A DNA stretch of 64,000 nucleotides, from IMG/VR virus record IMGVR_UViG_3300031472_000015, positions 16,574-80,573 of that record; one strand, written 5' to 3'. Each line of letters opens with the position of its first letter. Position 1 is the first letter of the stretch. The DNA is from a virus. The position numbers were made by a program, and so were the translations under genes. This document shows, piece after piece, positions 19,701-28,337 of this stretch. Under the pieces are notes generated by a model, which was not told where the DNA came from, ran no database searches, and worked only from the letters and a program-made list of their open reading frames with translations.

Positions 19701-21211
19701 CCTGGAACCAGGCCATGGACATCTACCGGCAGGCTCCAGCTGCGAACAAGGGCTGCACGATGCAGCTTCCCGGCGGCCCCTTTGCCATCGTCAACGACCC
19801 CTCGGGCACGGCGGACTTCAACCGCCACGGCATCGGGCACGGCAACAACGAACAGTATCCGCCCGGTCCCTACACCCTGCGCGGGCCTGCCGATGTCAGC
19901 AACCCTGCGATCCTGACCTTGAACGGTGCGCCAGGCTTGTCGGCGCAGGGCGGCCTGATCGCGCAGGGCGGCGACGTGCAGTTCATCAACCTCATGGTCA
20001 AGAACGTCAGCAACCTCAATGCCGGGGAAGGCAACGCTGGCGCGTTCTACAAGACGGGTGGCTGCCCCCACAACCTACTGATCCAGGACAGCAAGGCATA
20101 CAACAGCGACAACGGGTTCCTATCCGGCTACAACGAGGCCAGCACCATCACGATGCGGCGGTGCGTGTTCGCCTTCAACGGCATCGGCGCGGGCGGCCTC
20201 ACCCACAACTTCTATGTGGGCCATGCCGGGCACGCCATCGCCGACCAGGTGCTGTCGTTCTCGACGGCGCAGGTGCATGAGGGCAAGTGGCGCAGCCGCA
20301 TCACCACGATCACGAACAGCACCTTTGCCGACGGGCAGAACGGCGTGCCGGGCAGCAGCTCGTGCCTAGACTTCCCGCTGGGTGGGCTGGTGAACGTCAC
20401 CAACACCGTGCTGCACAAAGGCCCCTGCCCGAACGGCGACACGGACATGGTGCAGTATGGCGAGGAGGCGCCGGGGCAGAACGGCCCCGCCTGGGACGTG
20501 AACGTGCTGACCCTGGACGGCGTGACGTTCCTGAACACGGCGGCACCAGGCTCCACCAGCTCAAGCACGATCGCGGTCAACTTCATGCAGGGCGGCGCCG
20601 TGCCGTGCGTGTCCCCGACGACCGGCACTCCTGCGACCATCGTCGTCAAGAACAGCCGGTTCTACAACCTGCCGCGGGATCAGTGGTTCCTGGAAAGCGC
20701 GCCAGGTAACACCATCACCGATGGCGGCGGCAACGTGTTCCTGACCGATTGGCCCGGCCTGCAAGCCATTGATCCCAGCACGGGCGTGCTGCTAACGCAG
20801 GCGCACAAACCGGGGCCAGGGTTCGACGCGGGCTACATCGGCGTCAAAGGCGATCATGGCATCGTGCTGGATGCGCTGGAGCTGGAGACGCGCATCCCGG
20901 CCGGCGCCTCAGTCGGCAGCTGGGTGACGCAGTTCTTCGTTTACGACCAAGCCGGCAAGCCGCTGGGCAGCCCCGTGTGGTCCCTGCCGACCGACCAGGT
21001 GAACACCGGGGCGTTCAGCCTCACCGCGTCCGGCCAGCTCAACGTGGCGCAGGCAGGGCTTGTGGACGGCCTGCGCTGGGCCAAGGCGCAGGTGACGGGC
21101 ACGGACAGCTTCGGTGCGGCACAGAGCTACACGAAATACATCTACGTGATTGTGGGCACCGGGCACGTTCCGGGCCTGGCGACGCAGGGTGGGGCGGTTC
21201 TGGCCGCCTAG
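16730..21211 (+). CDS. 1493-aa protein: Ala-rich stalk repeats, Ig/cadherin-like domains, C-terminal beta-helix domain
   Basis: AAGGA RBS; GELPxQVHxDIAAA repeats; Ig-like G.HxVxVxD segments; NGFLSG/THNFYVG/EGKWRSR beta-helix pattern. Confidence 0.7.
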   Translation: MSHLPGFFTSPAQMQSAITTAVSGVPLGELPTQVHQDIAAAVLALPAGSTPAQVQTAITTALAGQPVGELPAQVHADIAAAVAALPVGATPAQVTAAITSATAGLATVAQVAAQFSGAPLAALADTTQLAVSSGSAIVGTIPVSAFRSYLMATSAPVPLPILALVMPTAVQSGTGYMINGTYANDGTSPILSVIVDGGSPQTLPAGSTVSGGSIVLAMGGMSNGTHRVQVQDGNGNLSNVVQFAVTPAETLTLDPITTPPAPGAAFSLTGGYANGTPGGLDYAITLTGDTVTWTSAVSPTLASGRYSIAVPALPAAGRYTVQVRDHSAQSIVASTALTVAAAAGTMPTVPLPVNAAAGAPAPANLPPLLAFTGPAGPPTGALALTHLGGAAIDTMVQNGSGALVLPGVAYAYAALEGLGALANGAFEIVAANGPQALNFGVFVRVPPDFSKSPVLLFKGGNGVQLYGFDPSNPSFSAPATFSDLLVSVTGQTVVVTVDGAQVLSFTGTQLPASGFVGLGSSTTPMPQAQVASVRVLTAAQIAAALAQSAATAAAAATAEALIGNPVTNPNADGFAPGIYGPDTVVVAAGSYGTRTYGNWFARLPTGGAQQWSLSGPAASTGMYLGGTSGTSLTEYGIGAANGTYPGVLTVTDGQSTFTKNISVVVQATAVIPGGCFILDSAAVNPYGNGSGDLAAQLILEPPIDQFAGGAATFTDPNGMLGWDRQGLNQLWVTSAGRPLSAHYGKHTGATFTSPAGTQAFTYYFAQEQPAGLTFQPVPAYTYAQPGNVFGRLLASSDAGIASYSVISTDTPLSIGSDGTMRYLVQPAAGAGNAVHVRVTSQSGHTTDITVSNPVQASTTLPASSMTLTLSAALDNSMGTLVAPGPVPVGTASVSGMGNPVWRVQAVGEFPLNTGSGIQGTFNIAPRAGNPALADITANFLSGQTYQVQVTATQGATQCQATTALTVADLNGTGPVIQIVPGSAVTATQAPTWNQAMDIYRQAPAANKGCTMQLPGGPFAIVNDPSGTADFNRHGIGHGNNEQYPPGPYTLRGPADVSNPAILTLNGAPGLSAQGGLIAQGGDVQFINLMVKNVSNLNAGEGNAGAFYKTGGCPHNLLIQDSKAYNSDNGFLSGYNEASTITMRRCVFAFNGIGAGGLTHNFYVGHAGHAIADQVLSFSTAQVHEGKWRSRITTITNSTFADGQNGVPGSSSCLDFPLGGLVNVTNTVLHKGPCPNGDTDMVQYGEEAPGQNGPAWDVNVLTLDGVTFLNTAAPGSTSSSTIAVNFMQGGAVPCVSPTTGTPATIVVKNSRFYNLPRDQWFLESAPGNTITDGGGNVFLTDWPGLQAIDPSTGVLLTQAHKPGPGFDAGYIGVKGDHGIVLDALELETRIPAGASVGSWVTQFFVYDQAGKPLGSPVWSLPTDQVNTGAFSLTASGQLNVAQAGLVDGLRWAKAQVTGTDSFGAAQSYTKYIYVIVGTGHVPGLATQGGAVLAA

Positions 21212-22167
21212 CTTATCGCCAGCACCCGCCGCTTGGGATGCAGCATCGCCCCAAGCGGCACTTCCACCCACCGATGCACGATCCAGCCCACGGCCACGCA
21301 CGCGACGATGGCGACCGGCAGCGCGGCCAGCATGGGCAACGGCAGCGTCACCGGGCGGATGGCTTGCAGGACGAACAGATGTGTGAGGTAGAGGGCATAG
21401 CTGCTGTCCCCGATGCGGCCTAGCAGCGGGATGCGGGGCAGGCGTCCGCCGGCTTCCAGGCCGAGCGCGGCGGCGGTAATCAGCAGCACAGGCAACCCCC
21501 AGGCCAGCGCCCGCCACGTCTCGGGCACGGGGCTGCGGGATTGCACCGCCAGCAGCATGGCGCCGGCGAAGGCAATCACGATACCCCGCGGCAGACATCC
21601 ATGCTGCCAGGCCCGGTGCAGGCACGCCCCGGCCAGAAACTCCAGCAGCATTGGGCTGGTGACGGTGGCAAGGATCGGGTCGGCCGGGCGCAGTGCGATC
21701 CCGGCTAGGACCAGCGCCCCAAACCCTGCGGTCAACACCAGCAGGCGGCGCGCGGCAGGCAGCAGCAGCGACGCGGCGAATAGCAGGTAGAACAGAGCCT
21801 CGAAGTTGAGCGTCCACCCCTGGACCAGCACTGGCCAGCCGCGCCCGTCCGGCCCGGCGTGCGGCAGGAAAAGCAGCGACGCCAGCAGGTGCCCGGCGTC
21901 CGTCGTGCGAGCCAGCACCGCCGCCAGGAGCGTTGCCAGCCAGTAGAGCGGCACCACCCGCACTGCGCGGGCGCGCAGGAAGGCGGCGGGCGACGGCTCG
22001 CGTCCGCTGACGTGCACCATGATGAAGCCGCTGATGACGAAAAACAGATCTACGCCAGCCTGCCCGACCTGAGTGTGCGTCCAGGTGGTGTGGTGCGCCA
22101 CCACGGCCAGCGCCGCGATGCCGCGCAGATACTGAATGGAGCGGAGCGAGCCGGGTGCATGGGTCAT
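21208..22167 (-). CDS. Acyltransferase family 3 (OafA-like) membrane O-acetyltransferase
   Basis: IQYLRGIAALAVVAHH, GVDLFFVISGFIM, FLRARAVRVVPLYW, WTLNFEALFY, GDSSYALYLTH motifs; multiple TM segments. Confidence 0.9.
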   Translation of the reverse strand: MTHAPGSLRSIQYLRGIAALAVVAHHTTWTHTQVGQAGVDLFFVISGFIMVHVSGREPSPAAFLRARAVRVVPLYWLATLLAAVLARTTDAGHLLASLLFLPHAGPDGRGWPVLVQGWTLNFEALFYLLFAASLLLPAARRLLVLTAGFGALVLAGIALRPADPILATVTSPMLLEFLAGACLHRAWQHGCLPRGIVIAFAGAMLLAVQSRSPVPETWRALAWGLPVLLITAAALGLEAGGRLPRIPLLGRIGDSSYALYLTHLFVLQAIRPVTLPLPMLAALPVAIVACVAVGWIVHRWVEVPLGAMLHPKRRVLAIS

Positions 22168-22226
22168 GCCCGCATTCGTCCCGCACGCCTCTCGTCCGTC
22201 AACCCACCCTTTCGCACAGGTGCCCC

Positions 22227-22397
22227 ATGCCCGTCCTCACGACCCCCAGCAACACCGTGCTGTTTGCCCAGCCTGCGCTGACCCCACAAGCGCTTGCCGC
22301 CGCGCTGACCGCGCTGCTGGCGACGCTGCCCACATCCCCGGCCGCGACTTCCAAAGCCCTGTGGAACAACGGCGGCGTCATTGAGCAAACCCCATGA
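22227..22397 (+). CDS. Small phage protein (56 aa) ending ALWNNGGV
   Basis: AGG RBS, ATGA coupling to the next gene. Confidence 0.5.
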   Translation: MPVLTTPSNTVLFAQPALTPQALAAALTALLATLPTSPAATSKALWNNGGVIEQTP

Positions 22398-22996
22398 GGT
22401 CGAACATGATCCTACGCCGCATCCTCCTGGCCTCTGCCTTGCTATGCGGGCAGGCCCAGGCACAGACCGTGCAGCCCTTCGCCGTCGGCACGCCGACGCA
22501 GGCGAACCAAGCCACGCCGAAGAGCTACGTGGACAGTGCCGTTGCTGCCGTCCTGGCCGTCGCCTGCCAAGCATTCGGCACCTCTGCGGCCGGCGTTCCA
22601 GCTTGCGCGAGCGCCACGGCCTCGACGCCGCCGCCCAGCACGCCGCCCATCACGACCAACACCCAGGCGCAAATCGCGGCGCTCGCGGCCATCGGGCTGC
22701 CGGCCGACACGGTGTTCGCGCTGGACCCGGCGCAGGGCGTCACCTCGAACGCGACCAACGTGACGCAGGTGGCATCGGTCGCAGGCGGCTGGCTGTTCAC
22801 CCCGAGCGGCGGGCGAACCGTGCTGAACCCGACCGGCATCAATGGCCAGCCGGCGTTCACAAACCCTTCTTTCCTAAGATTATGCCGCATCACCGTGGCG
22901 CGGGGTTCGCCGCTCATGCCGCGCGTCTCCACCCGGCCGGCGCTGGATGCGCCTCATGCGCCGCGGGCGCACAAGCAGCAGCGCCATGGCCAGTAG
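22394..22996 (+). pseudogene. Exported LamG-like protein, apparently truncated near 22860
   Basis: Signal peptide MILRRILLASALLCGQAQA; LNPTGINGQPAFT resembles the start of a LamG-type domain, then the frame runs into the antisense PEP-CTERM cassette. Confidence 0.45.
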
Positions 22997-23575
22997 CGCC
23001 ATGACCAGTAGCGACAATGAGGCCGGCTCCGGCACGGCCACCCCAGCATAGTCATAGGACACCGTGACGGTCCCGCTTGCGGTGGTGCGGGACGATCCGT
23101 CGAACAGGAAGGAAAGCCCGCCCTGCGGCTGGGCGAAGATGTCATACCTGACGGTGAGCGGGCCGCTCGCGGAATAGTCGGCGACCGGCACCGTGAAGCT
23201 GTCGGTGAAGCCCGCGGTGACGAGGCCCGTCCCGTCTGCGGCAATCGCGGTCGAGACCGATTGCGTGAGAACACTCCTGTCGGCCGCGGGCGTCGGAATC
23301 ACCTGGGCATTGTAGATGGCCTCGAAACTTCCCGTGCCAGGGAAGGCAGCGCCTGTTGCCGCCTGCACCTGCACGGTTTCCGACAGGAAGGCACGTGTGC
23401 TCACGGTGATGCTGTTGAGCGTGCCAAGGCTCGCATCGAACCCAGGCAGCACCTCGTCCCGCTCGCTGTAATAGGGGTCGAACGTCCCCAAGGGAGTGCT
23501 GAAAACCTCGACCGCCGCCTGTGCGCCCATCGAGGCCACGCACGTCATCGCTGCCAGCAATAGAGTTGTTCGCAT
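22880..23575 (-). CDS. PEP-CTERM protein (choice-of-anchor E-like domain)
   Basis: Signal peptide, LPGFDASLGTLNSITV motif, VPEPASLSLL + TM + RPRRMRR. Confidence 0.85.
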   Translation of the reverse strand: MRTTLLLAAMTCVASMGAQAAVEVFSTPLGTFDPYYSERDEVLPGFDASLGTLNSITVSTRAFLSETVQVQAATGAAFPGTGSFEAIYNAQVIPTPAADRSVLTQSVSTAIAADGTGLVTAGFTDSFTVPVADYSASGPLTVRYDIFAQPQGGLSFLFDGSSRTTASGTVTVSYDYAGVAVPEPASLSLLVMALLAMALLLVRPRRMRRIQRRPGGDARHERRTPRHGDAA

Positions 23576-23607
23576 GGGTGTTTTCCTAACTTTGATATGA
23601 GGCTGGC

Positions 23608-23748
23608 CTAGACTCGTGCATTCCGCCAAGCGTCCACGATCCGCCGGATTAGGTCCGACACGCTGATGCCCAACTTGTCAGCTTCTTGCTTGAGGATTTC
23701 GTGCTGAGGAATGGTCAGGGTGATGGACTGGCGAAACATGGTGCTCAT
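23608..23748 (-). CDS. CopG/ribbon-helix-helix protein (46 aa, below the ORF-track cutoff)
   Basis: Hand translation MSTMFRQSITLTIPQHEILKQEADKLGISVSDLIRRIVDAWRNARV. Confidence 0.7.
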   Translation of the reverse strand: MSTMFRQSITLTIPQHEILKQEADKLGISVSDLIRRIVDAWRNARV

Positions 23749-23756
23749 AAGCACCG

Positions 23757-23785
23757 TTGATACACCTGATGCAGCGACTTTGCAA
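23757..23785 (-). promoter_or_regulatory. sigma70-type promoter for the RHH + PEP-CTERM cassette
   Basis: TTGCAA-N17-TATCAA on the minus strand. Confidence 0.55.
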
Positions 23786-23910
23786 GCGCTTCATGCGCCC
23801 AACGTCGCGCGGGGATTGTCGCTCATGCCGCGCACCGTGCCCTGCGGCGTCCTGACCGTCCATAGCATCTGGAGACCGCGCATGACATTTGCTGACCGAG
23901 CGTGGCGCTG

Positions 23911-24348
23911 ATGCCCCCTGAACGGCCTCATGGATTGATTTTGACCTTGGTTCGAGCCGCGCTGGCGCACCTGCGGCGGGTGTTCAGCCGCAGCCCGTGG
24001 GCAGCCGAGTGCGCGTCGGCCATGACCCTCATGACGTGGGCCGTCTATTGCTGGGCCGGACCCAACGACATGGAAATATGGCCGTCCGCGGTCATGATGA
24101 TGCAACTCGGGACCGATGAAGCGTGGCAGATGGTGGGATTCTCCCTCGGGTTCTGGCAACTCATGTTCCTCGGCCTGGACCGGCGCTGGACGCGATGGAT
24201 GATGGCGCTGGCATGCTGTTGGTTCTGGGCGCTGCTGGCCTTGAGCGTATGGGTGGCCACCCCGTGGAACCCGCATGTGCCGGCTTACGGCGGCTATATC
24301 CTCATCAACCTGTTCTCAATCCTGCGCCTGCTCCGCCCGGAGCGGTGA
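23911..24348 (+). CDS. Multi-TM membrane protein
   Basis: About four Trp-rich hydrophobic segments; resembles 24872..25258. Confidence 0.6.
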   Translation: MPPERPHGLILTLVRAALAHLRRVFSRSPWAAECASAMTLMTWAVYCWAGPNDMEIWPSAVMMMQLGTDEAWQMVGFSLGFWQLMFLGLDRRWTRWMMALACCWFWALLALSVWVATPWNPHVPAYGGYILINLFSILRLLRPER

Positions 24349-24359
24349 GGGTGGACCTT

Positions 24360-24875
24360 ATGTGGCTGTTCATCGCGCCGGCCATGGCGTCGGATGGCAT
24401 GCCTGCGCTGAATGCAAATTCCCCCTGGTGGTTGGTGGTGCTTGCGTTCTTGCCGACTGTTGGCGGCGGTGCGTTGGCGGCGTGGCGTTACCGGGCGGAT
24501 CGCGGCGACAAGAGCGAGATTGAGCATCTGACGCGCGAGCAGCAGCTGATGCGCGACCTCGACGCCCAGCGGGCTGCGGCGGACCTAAAGGCATCAAACC
24601 TCGCTGATCGGACGCTGGCGGCGCTGAACCGGGCCGAGTTGGAAAGCTCCAACATGCGGACGCAACGCGATGCAGCGTGGGCCGAGGGCGACAAGCAACG
24701 GCTGGACAAAGAGGATTACGCCGAGGCAGCGCGTCGCTGGGAACGTGTGGCGCGGCGGCTACGACACGAGATGCAGATGGCCCGCAGCAAAGTGAACCTG
24801 ATGCGCGCTGCTGCCGCCTTACCGCCTCTTGAGTGGTCGGACGACGATATGCCTACGGCTGAGAAGCCTGAATGA
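24360..24875 (+). CDS. TM-anchored coiled-coil protein (lysis-module-like)
   Basis: N-terminal TM (PWWLVVLAFLPTVGGGALAAW) followed by a long charged helix. Confidence 0.55.
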   Translation: MWLFIAPAMASDGMPALNANSPWWLVVLAFLPTVGGGALAAWRYRADRGDKSEIEHLTREQQLMRDLDAQRAAADLKASNLADRTLAALNRAELESSNMRTQRDAAWAEGDKQRLDKEDYAEAARRWERVARRLRHEMQMARSKVNLMRAAAALPPLEWSDDDMPTAEKPE

Positions 24876-25258
24876 TCGACCGGTTGCGCGGCGCGCTGCT
24901 GCATCCCGTCGAAATTTGGTCAGCGCTGGCGGCGATCAGTTTTTCGAAGGCGATCTTCTGGCTGGACGACACGCTGGATGGCAACCCCTCTTACAGCGTG
25001 GCCACGGCCCTTTGGGATACCGCCGACTGGGACCTTGCGGCATTCGTGATCGGCCTAGCGCAACTCGGCGCGCTGCTGTGGGGCTGCCGGTGGGGGCGCA
25101 TCGTCGCGGCCGGCGCGGCGGGCTGGTTCTGGCTGCTGCTCGGGCTGGCGTTCTGGATGGCCAATACCCACGCGCCGGGGTTCGTGCCGCTGATCGCATT
25201 GGGAGTTCTCAATCAGGACACCATGCTGCGGTGCATCATTCATCGCAAACACGCATAA
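24872..25258 (+). CDS. Multi-TM membrane protein (holin-like)
   Basis: About four TM segments; ATGA coupling. Confidence 0.55.
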   Translation: MIDRLRGALLHPVEIWSALAAISFSKAIFWLDDTLDGNPSYSVATALWDTADWDLAAFVIGLAQLGALLWGCRWGRIVAAGAAGWFWLLLGLAFWMANTHAPGFVPLIALGVLNQDTMLRCIIHRKHA

Positions 25259-25291
25259 AACGGCCGCTGCTGGCCGGAATGGAGGCCAACC

Positions 25292-25489
25292 ATGGCAACG
25301 ACCAGCTGTCCCATCCTGTTCGGCCCACTGCTTGGCCAAGTCGGTGTCGTCGCTATCGGCGAGGTCCATGACCTCAGCGGCGAGCTGACGGTTGAGGCGG
25401 CCGAGGAACTGATCGTCTCGCTGACCCTGGCCGTCGCCAGAGCAAAAGCGTGGAAGTCCGCAATCTTGGTTGAGGATCTTCTGGGGTAG
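25292..25489 (+). CDS. Hypothetical protein
   Basis: GGAGG RBS, 65 aa. Confidence 0.55.
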   Translation: MATTSCPILFGPLLGQVGVVAIGEVHDLSGELTVEAAEELIVSLTLAVARAKAWKSAILVEDLLG

Positions 25490-25687
25490 GCACTGCGAAC
25501 CGGGTTCGACACCGGCTACGGATTTTCGCTTGCGGAAGCTAGGGCGCGAGTGTGTCGGGCATCTCCGCACTTTCTTTGGTCCAACGTATCGGCATCCGTC
25601 CTGCCCACGGGGTCTCAGCCCGCCTTTGAGCCGGTCCTTCCCGGCTGTCGCAGCATGATCTGCATACCACATTTCTAGGAGCACAGC

Positions 25688-26128
25688 ATGAGCCTGTTCA
25701 CCGATGCCGCGATCCGGCTGCTGCGAGGCGAGGATTACACCGTCTATGCGCCGGGCGACGAGCCGAAGGCGCTGCTGAAAGATGAGATGGTGGACCTGTT
25801 GGCCGGTGCCGGCTTCACGGTCCTACCGCCGGGCGTGTCTGTGGCGCAGGCGGCGCGGAACATGGGGTTGGTGGTCCTGCAGCGCGGTGAGAAGCCCCCG
25901 GCAATCGGTAATTGGGTGCCGAAGGACAAGGCCAACTCACTGCGGATCGTGCTTGAGACAGACGGGGCAAGTGTCCTCTATCGGCAGGATGGCGACCTGC
26001 GGCGGCACACGGTCGGGGCGTTTCACAAGTGGCGGAGGCGGAACAAGGCGGTGCTGGTCAGGATCACGCCTGGCCCGGCACAACCCTCTGTTTCCGAGAA
26101 AGAGCAGCACTCCGGGGAACCCTCATGA
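25688..26128 (+). CDS. Hypothetical protein
   Basis: AGGAG RBS, 146 aa. Confidence 0.6.
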   Translation: MSLFTDAAIRLLRGEDYTVYAPGDEPKALLKDEMVDLLAGAGFTVLPPGVSVAQAARNMGLVVLQRGEKPPAIGNWVPKDKANSLRIVLETDGASVLYRQDGDLRRHTVGAFHKWRRRNKAVLVRITPGPAQPSVSEKEQHSGEPS

Positions 26129-26544
26129 CCCACGACCAAGAGCTGCAACTGCTCGCCCCCATCATCTCCCCCCTGATCCTGGGCGTCGGCAGCACGCTGA
26201 CCGTCATCGTGTCCCTGGGCACCGCGCGCCTGCGCGCTTGGCTGGACGCCCGCAGCCAAGCCGACGCCTCCCGCGTGGTGGCCGACGCCAGCACCCGCTT
26301 GCAGGCCGCGATGGGCAACAGCGCCGGCAACATCGCGCTGGCCATCCAGACGGGCGCGCTGGACCCCACGAGCCTGTTGTCGCTGCGGCAGGCAGCCATG
26401 GCGGAGGCGGTGAAGATCGCGGCCAAGATGCCGGGCGCGCTGGCGGTGCTGCAACCCCTTGAGGGGTCTGTGGTCGAGGGCATCATGGGCAAGATCACGG
26501 CGGCTGCGGCCGGGGTGAGTGCGCCGGCTGCGGTGAAGGCGTGA
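26125..26544 (+). CDS. Holin-like single-TM protein
   Basis: N-terminal TM then amphipathic helices, as in LL-H-type holins. Confidence 0.45.
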   Translation: MTHDQELQLLAPIISPLILGVGSTLTVIVSLGTARLRAWLDARSQADASRVVADASTRLQAAMGNSAGNIALAIQTGALDPTSLLSLRQAAMAEAVKIAAKMPGALAVLQPLEGSVVEGIMGKITAAAAGVSAPAAVKA

Positions 26545-26548
26545 TCCT

Positions 26549-27302
26549 TTATCCCAGCACCTTGAGAACAGACCCGCATGAGCACTCAATCGGCACCCGA
26601 GGCGCGTCCAGGTCAACTTTGTGCTGAGCACCGCATTTGGGGCATCGAAAGTCGATATCGGAGGACGCTTCCACACCGTAGGTCATCTTTCAGGTTGTCT
26701 GTGGAGTGTCATCTTTTTTGCTAGTCGGCATTTTCGGCCTCCCAGGCAAAAGGAAAACATTCATGGTGCGGATCCACATGCCAGTATCCGACTCCGTTAT
26801 TGATCTGCCAGCAGGTTGCTATCGGGCCATTCTGCGTTGAAGGGCCATTGCACCAAGCCTTGATCCATGTGCCATCGCGCGGCGCAATCTCTATGGGCCA
26901 GACGGTTCTATGGTTCGTCTCAGGTTGCTTGCTGTCGCTCATGGTGTCTGCGCCTCCTTGCGCTTGGTGCGGGTCTGTTCGCCTGCGATTTTAAGGCCAC
27001 GCAACGTTGCCCCAGCCGGCTGCAACCGCAGCCACGCATAAACGTGAGCGGCGGCCTTAATAATATCGTCGGGAATGGTGATAGTCCCGACAGGTCTGCC
27101 GTGCTTATCGAATAGATCGTGGCGGGTCGCCTGCACTGCGCCGGTGTCACTCATCGTCCTCGTTCTCCTCGCTATCGCTTTCCATGCAAGCGCACGGCTC
27201 ATCATCGGACGGCGATAGCGTCGCCAGGTTTCGAAGCACGCCGGAGCCTCCGCATTTCGGGCAGACGTTGCCCTCCTCGTCTCTCACTAGAAACCTGCCC
27301 AT
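26549..27302 (-). CDS. Antisense block of four small genes: Zn-ribbon 26549-26686, DUF551-like 26721-26942, 26939-27154, Zn-finger 27147-27302
   Basis: CPKC..CSC motifs; WPIEIAPRDGT; overlapping start/stop codons; AAGGAGG RBS at the head. Confidence 0.55.
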
Positions 27303-27360
27303 CGTTCTGGACCTCCTTGTGCTTGGTGTGAACGCTACCCGCCAACGGATCATAAGCCCC

Positions 27361-27603
27361 ATGCGCCCCGCCCTCCTAGCCGTCCTCGCCCTCACTGCCT
27401 GCGCCACCCCGGAGCAGACCCAGCGCGCCCGCGCCACCGTGGACCAGGGCGCGCACGTCATCAGCGTCGCAGCCCCGATGCTGGTGCTGATCCCGGAATT
27501 CGGGCCAGCCTGCGTTGTCGCGCTGCGGGCGGCGTGCGCTGCCGTGGAGACGGCTGCTGAATGGCCAGATGGCCCGGGCGCAACTGTAGTGCCGGTACCC
27601 TAA
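27361..27603 (+). CDS. Small lipoprotein (spanin-like candidate)
   Basis: Lipobox LTAC after a hydrophobic signal; second Cys pair. Confidence 0.6.
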   Translation: MRPALLAVLALTACATPEQTQRARATVDQGAHVISVAAPMLVLIPEFGPACVVALRAACAAVETAAEWPDGPGATVVPVP

Positions 27604-27704
27604 CCAAGAGTTTTCGGGCTGATCCTTCGCTTACCAAGGGTCCAATTTGCTGCATGGCGTAGCCCGCAACCATGCGTGCAGCACATTACACCAAGGATCA
27701 CACC

Positions 27705-28052
27705 ATGAAGCACCTCATGCTTGCCACCCTCGCCTTGTCTGTCGTCAGCCTATCCGCCTGCGCCGTGGACCCCGCCACGGGCCAGATGACGTTCTCCAAG
27801 CCCGTCCCGGTCAGCGCCGACACGCTCCGCGCCGACATCGCCGAGGGTCAGCTTCTCTGCCAGGCTGGACCCGGCACCGTCGCCATGTTCAGCGCGTCCG
27901 GCGCGGCGATCCTGGCGAAGGGTGCTACCAAGGTGGCCGTCGATACCGTGTGCGGCATCCTCGGCAGCGTAGCCGTGTCGCCGGTTGGTGCGCCCGTGGG
28001 CAGCGTCACCGTTGCGTTGCCGGCCAGCTTGAGCATCCCACTCAAGACTTAG
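27705..28052 (+). CDS. Lipoprotein (spanin-like candidate)
   Basis: AAGGA RBS; lipobox LSAC; two further Cys. Confidence 0.65.
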   Translation: MKHLMLATLALSVVSLSACAVDPATGQMTFSKPVPVSADTLRADIAEGQLLCQAGPGTVAMFSASGAAILAKGATKVAVDTVCGILGSVAVSPVGAPVGSVTVALPASLSIPLKT

Positions 28053-28337
28053 CACCCCCTGGGCGGCGGGTTGTACGCATCAGCCTGCTGCCCTATGCTT
28101 CCGGTAAGGGCAGAAGGGATAGATAGAAGGCACCTGACTGGCCAGATCACCGACCCCGGTGCGATGCAGAAGAATGAGCAGCCATAGCTTAAAGCTCAAA
28201 GCACCAAGACAACTTGGAATGTTACGGGTAGGACCAAATCCCGTTGGCGCGCCCCTTACAGGGATAAAACAGTCTGCATGGGGTCCCCCATTTTACAGAT
28301 CACAAATCTCAGGAGGTTCCCGGTGCAGCGCCAAGCC

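Larger units (their letters stand above)
22891..23833. repeat. 34-bp imperfect direct repeat (22891-22924 and 23800-23833) flanking the cassette
   Basis: caccgtggcgcggggttcgccgctcatgccgcgc vs caacgtcgcgcggggattgtcgctcatgccgcgc, 29/34 identical. Confidence 0.7.

Noticed and set aside
88-22281. Numerous long overlapping or antisense ORFs in the six-frame track (for example 3899-4723, 6506-7504, 19112-20071, 20909-22186)
   Set aside because: Arg/Gly/Ala-rich shadow frames of GC3-biased real genes; no motifs or RBS
25495-25520. GGTTCGA T-loop-like hairpin (ccgggttcgacaccgg)
   Set aside because: Stem/loop geometry is not a canonical T-arm, and no acceptor, D or anticodon arms were found; not called a tRNA
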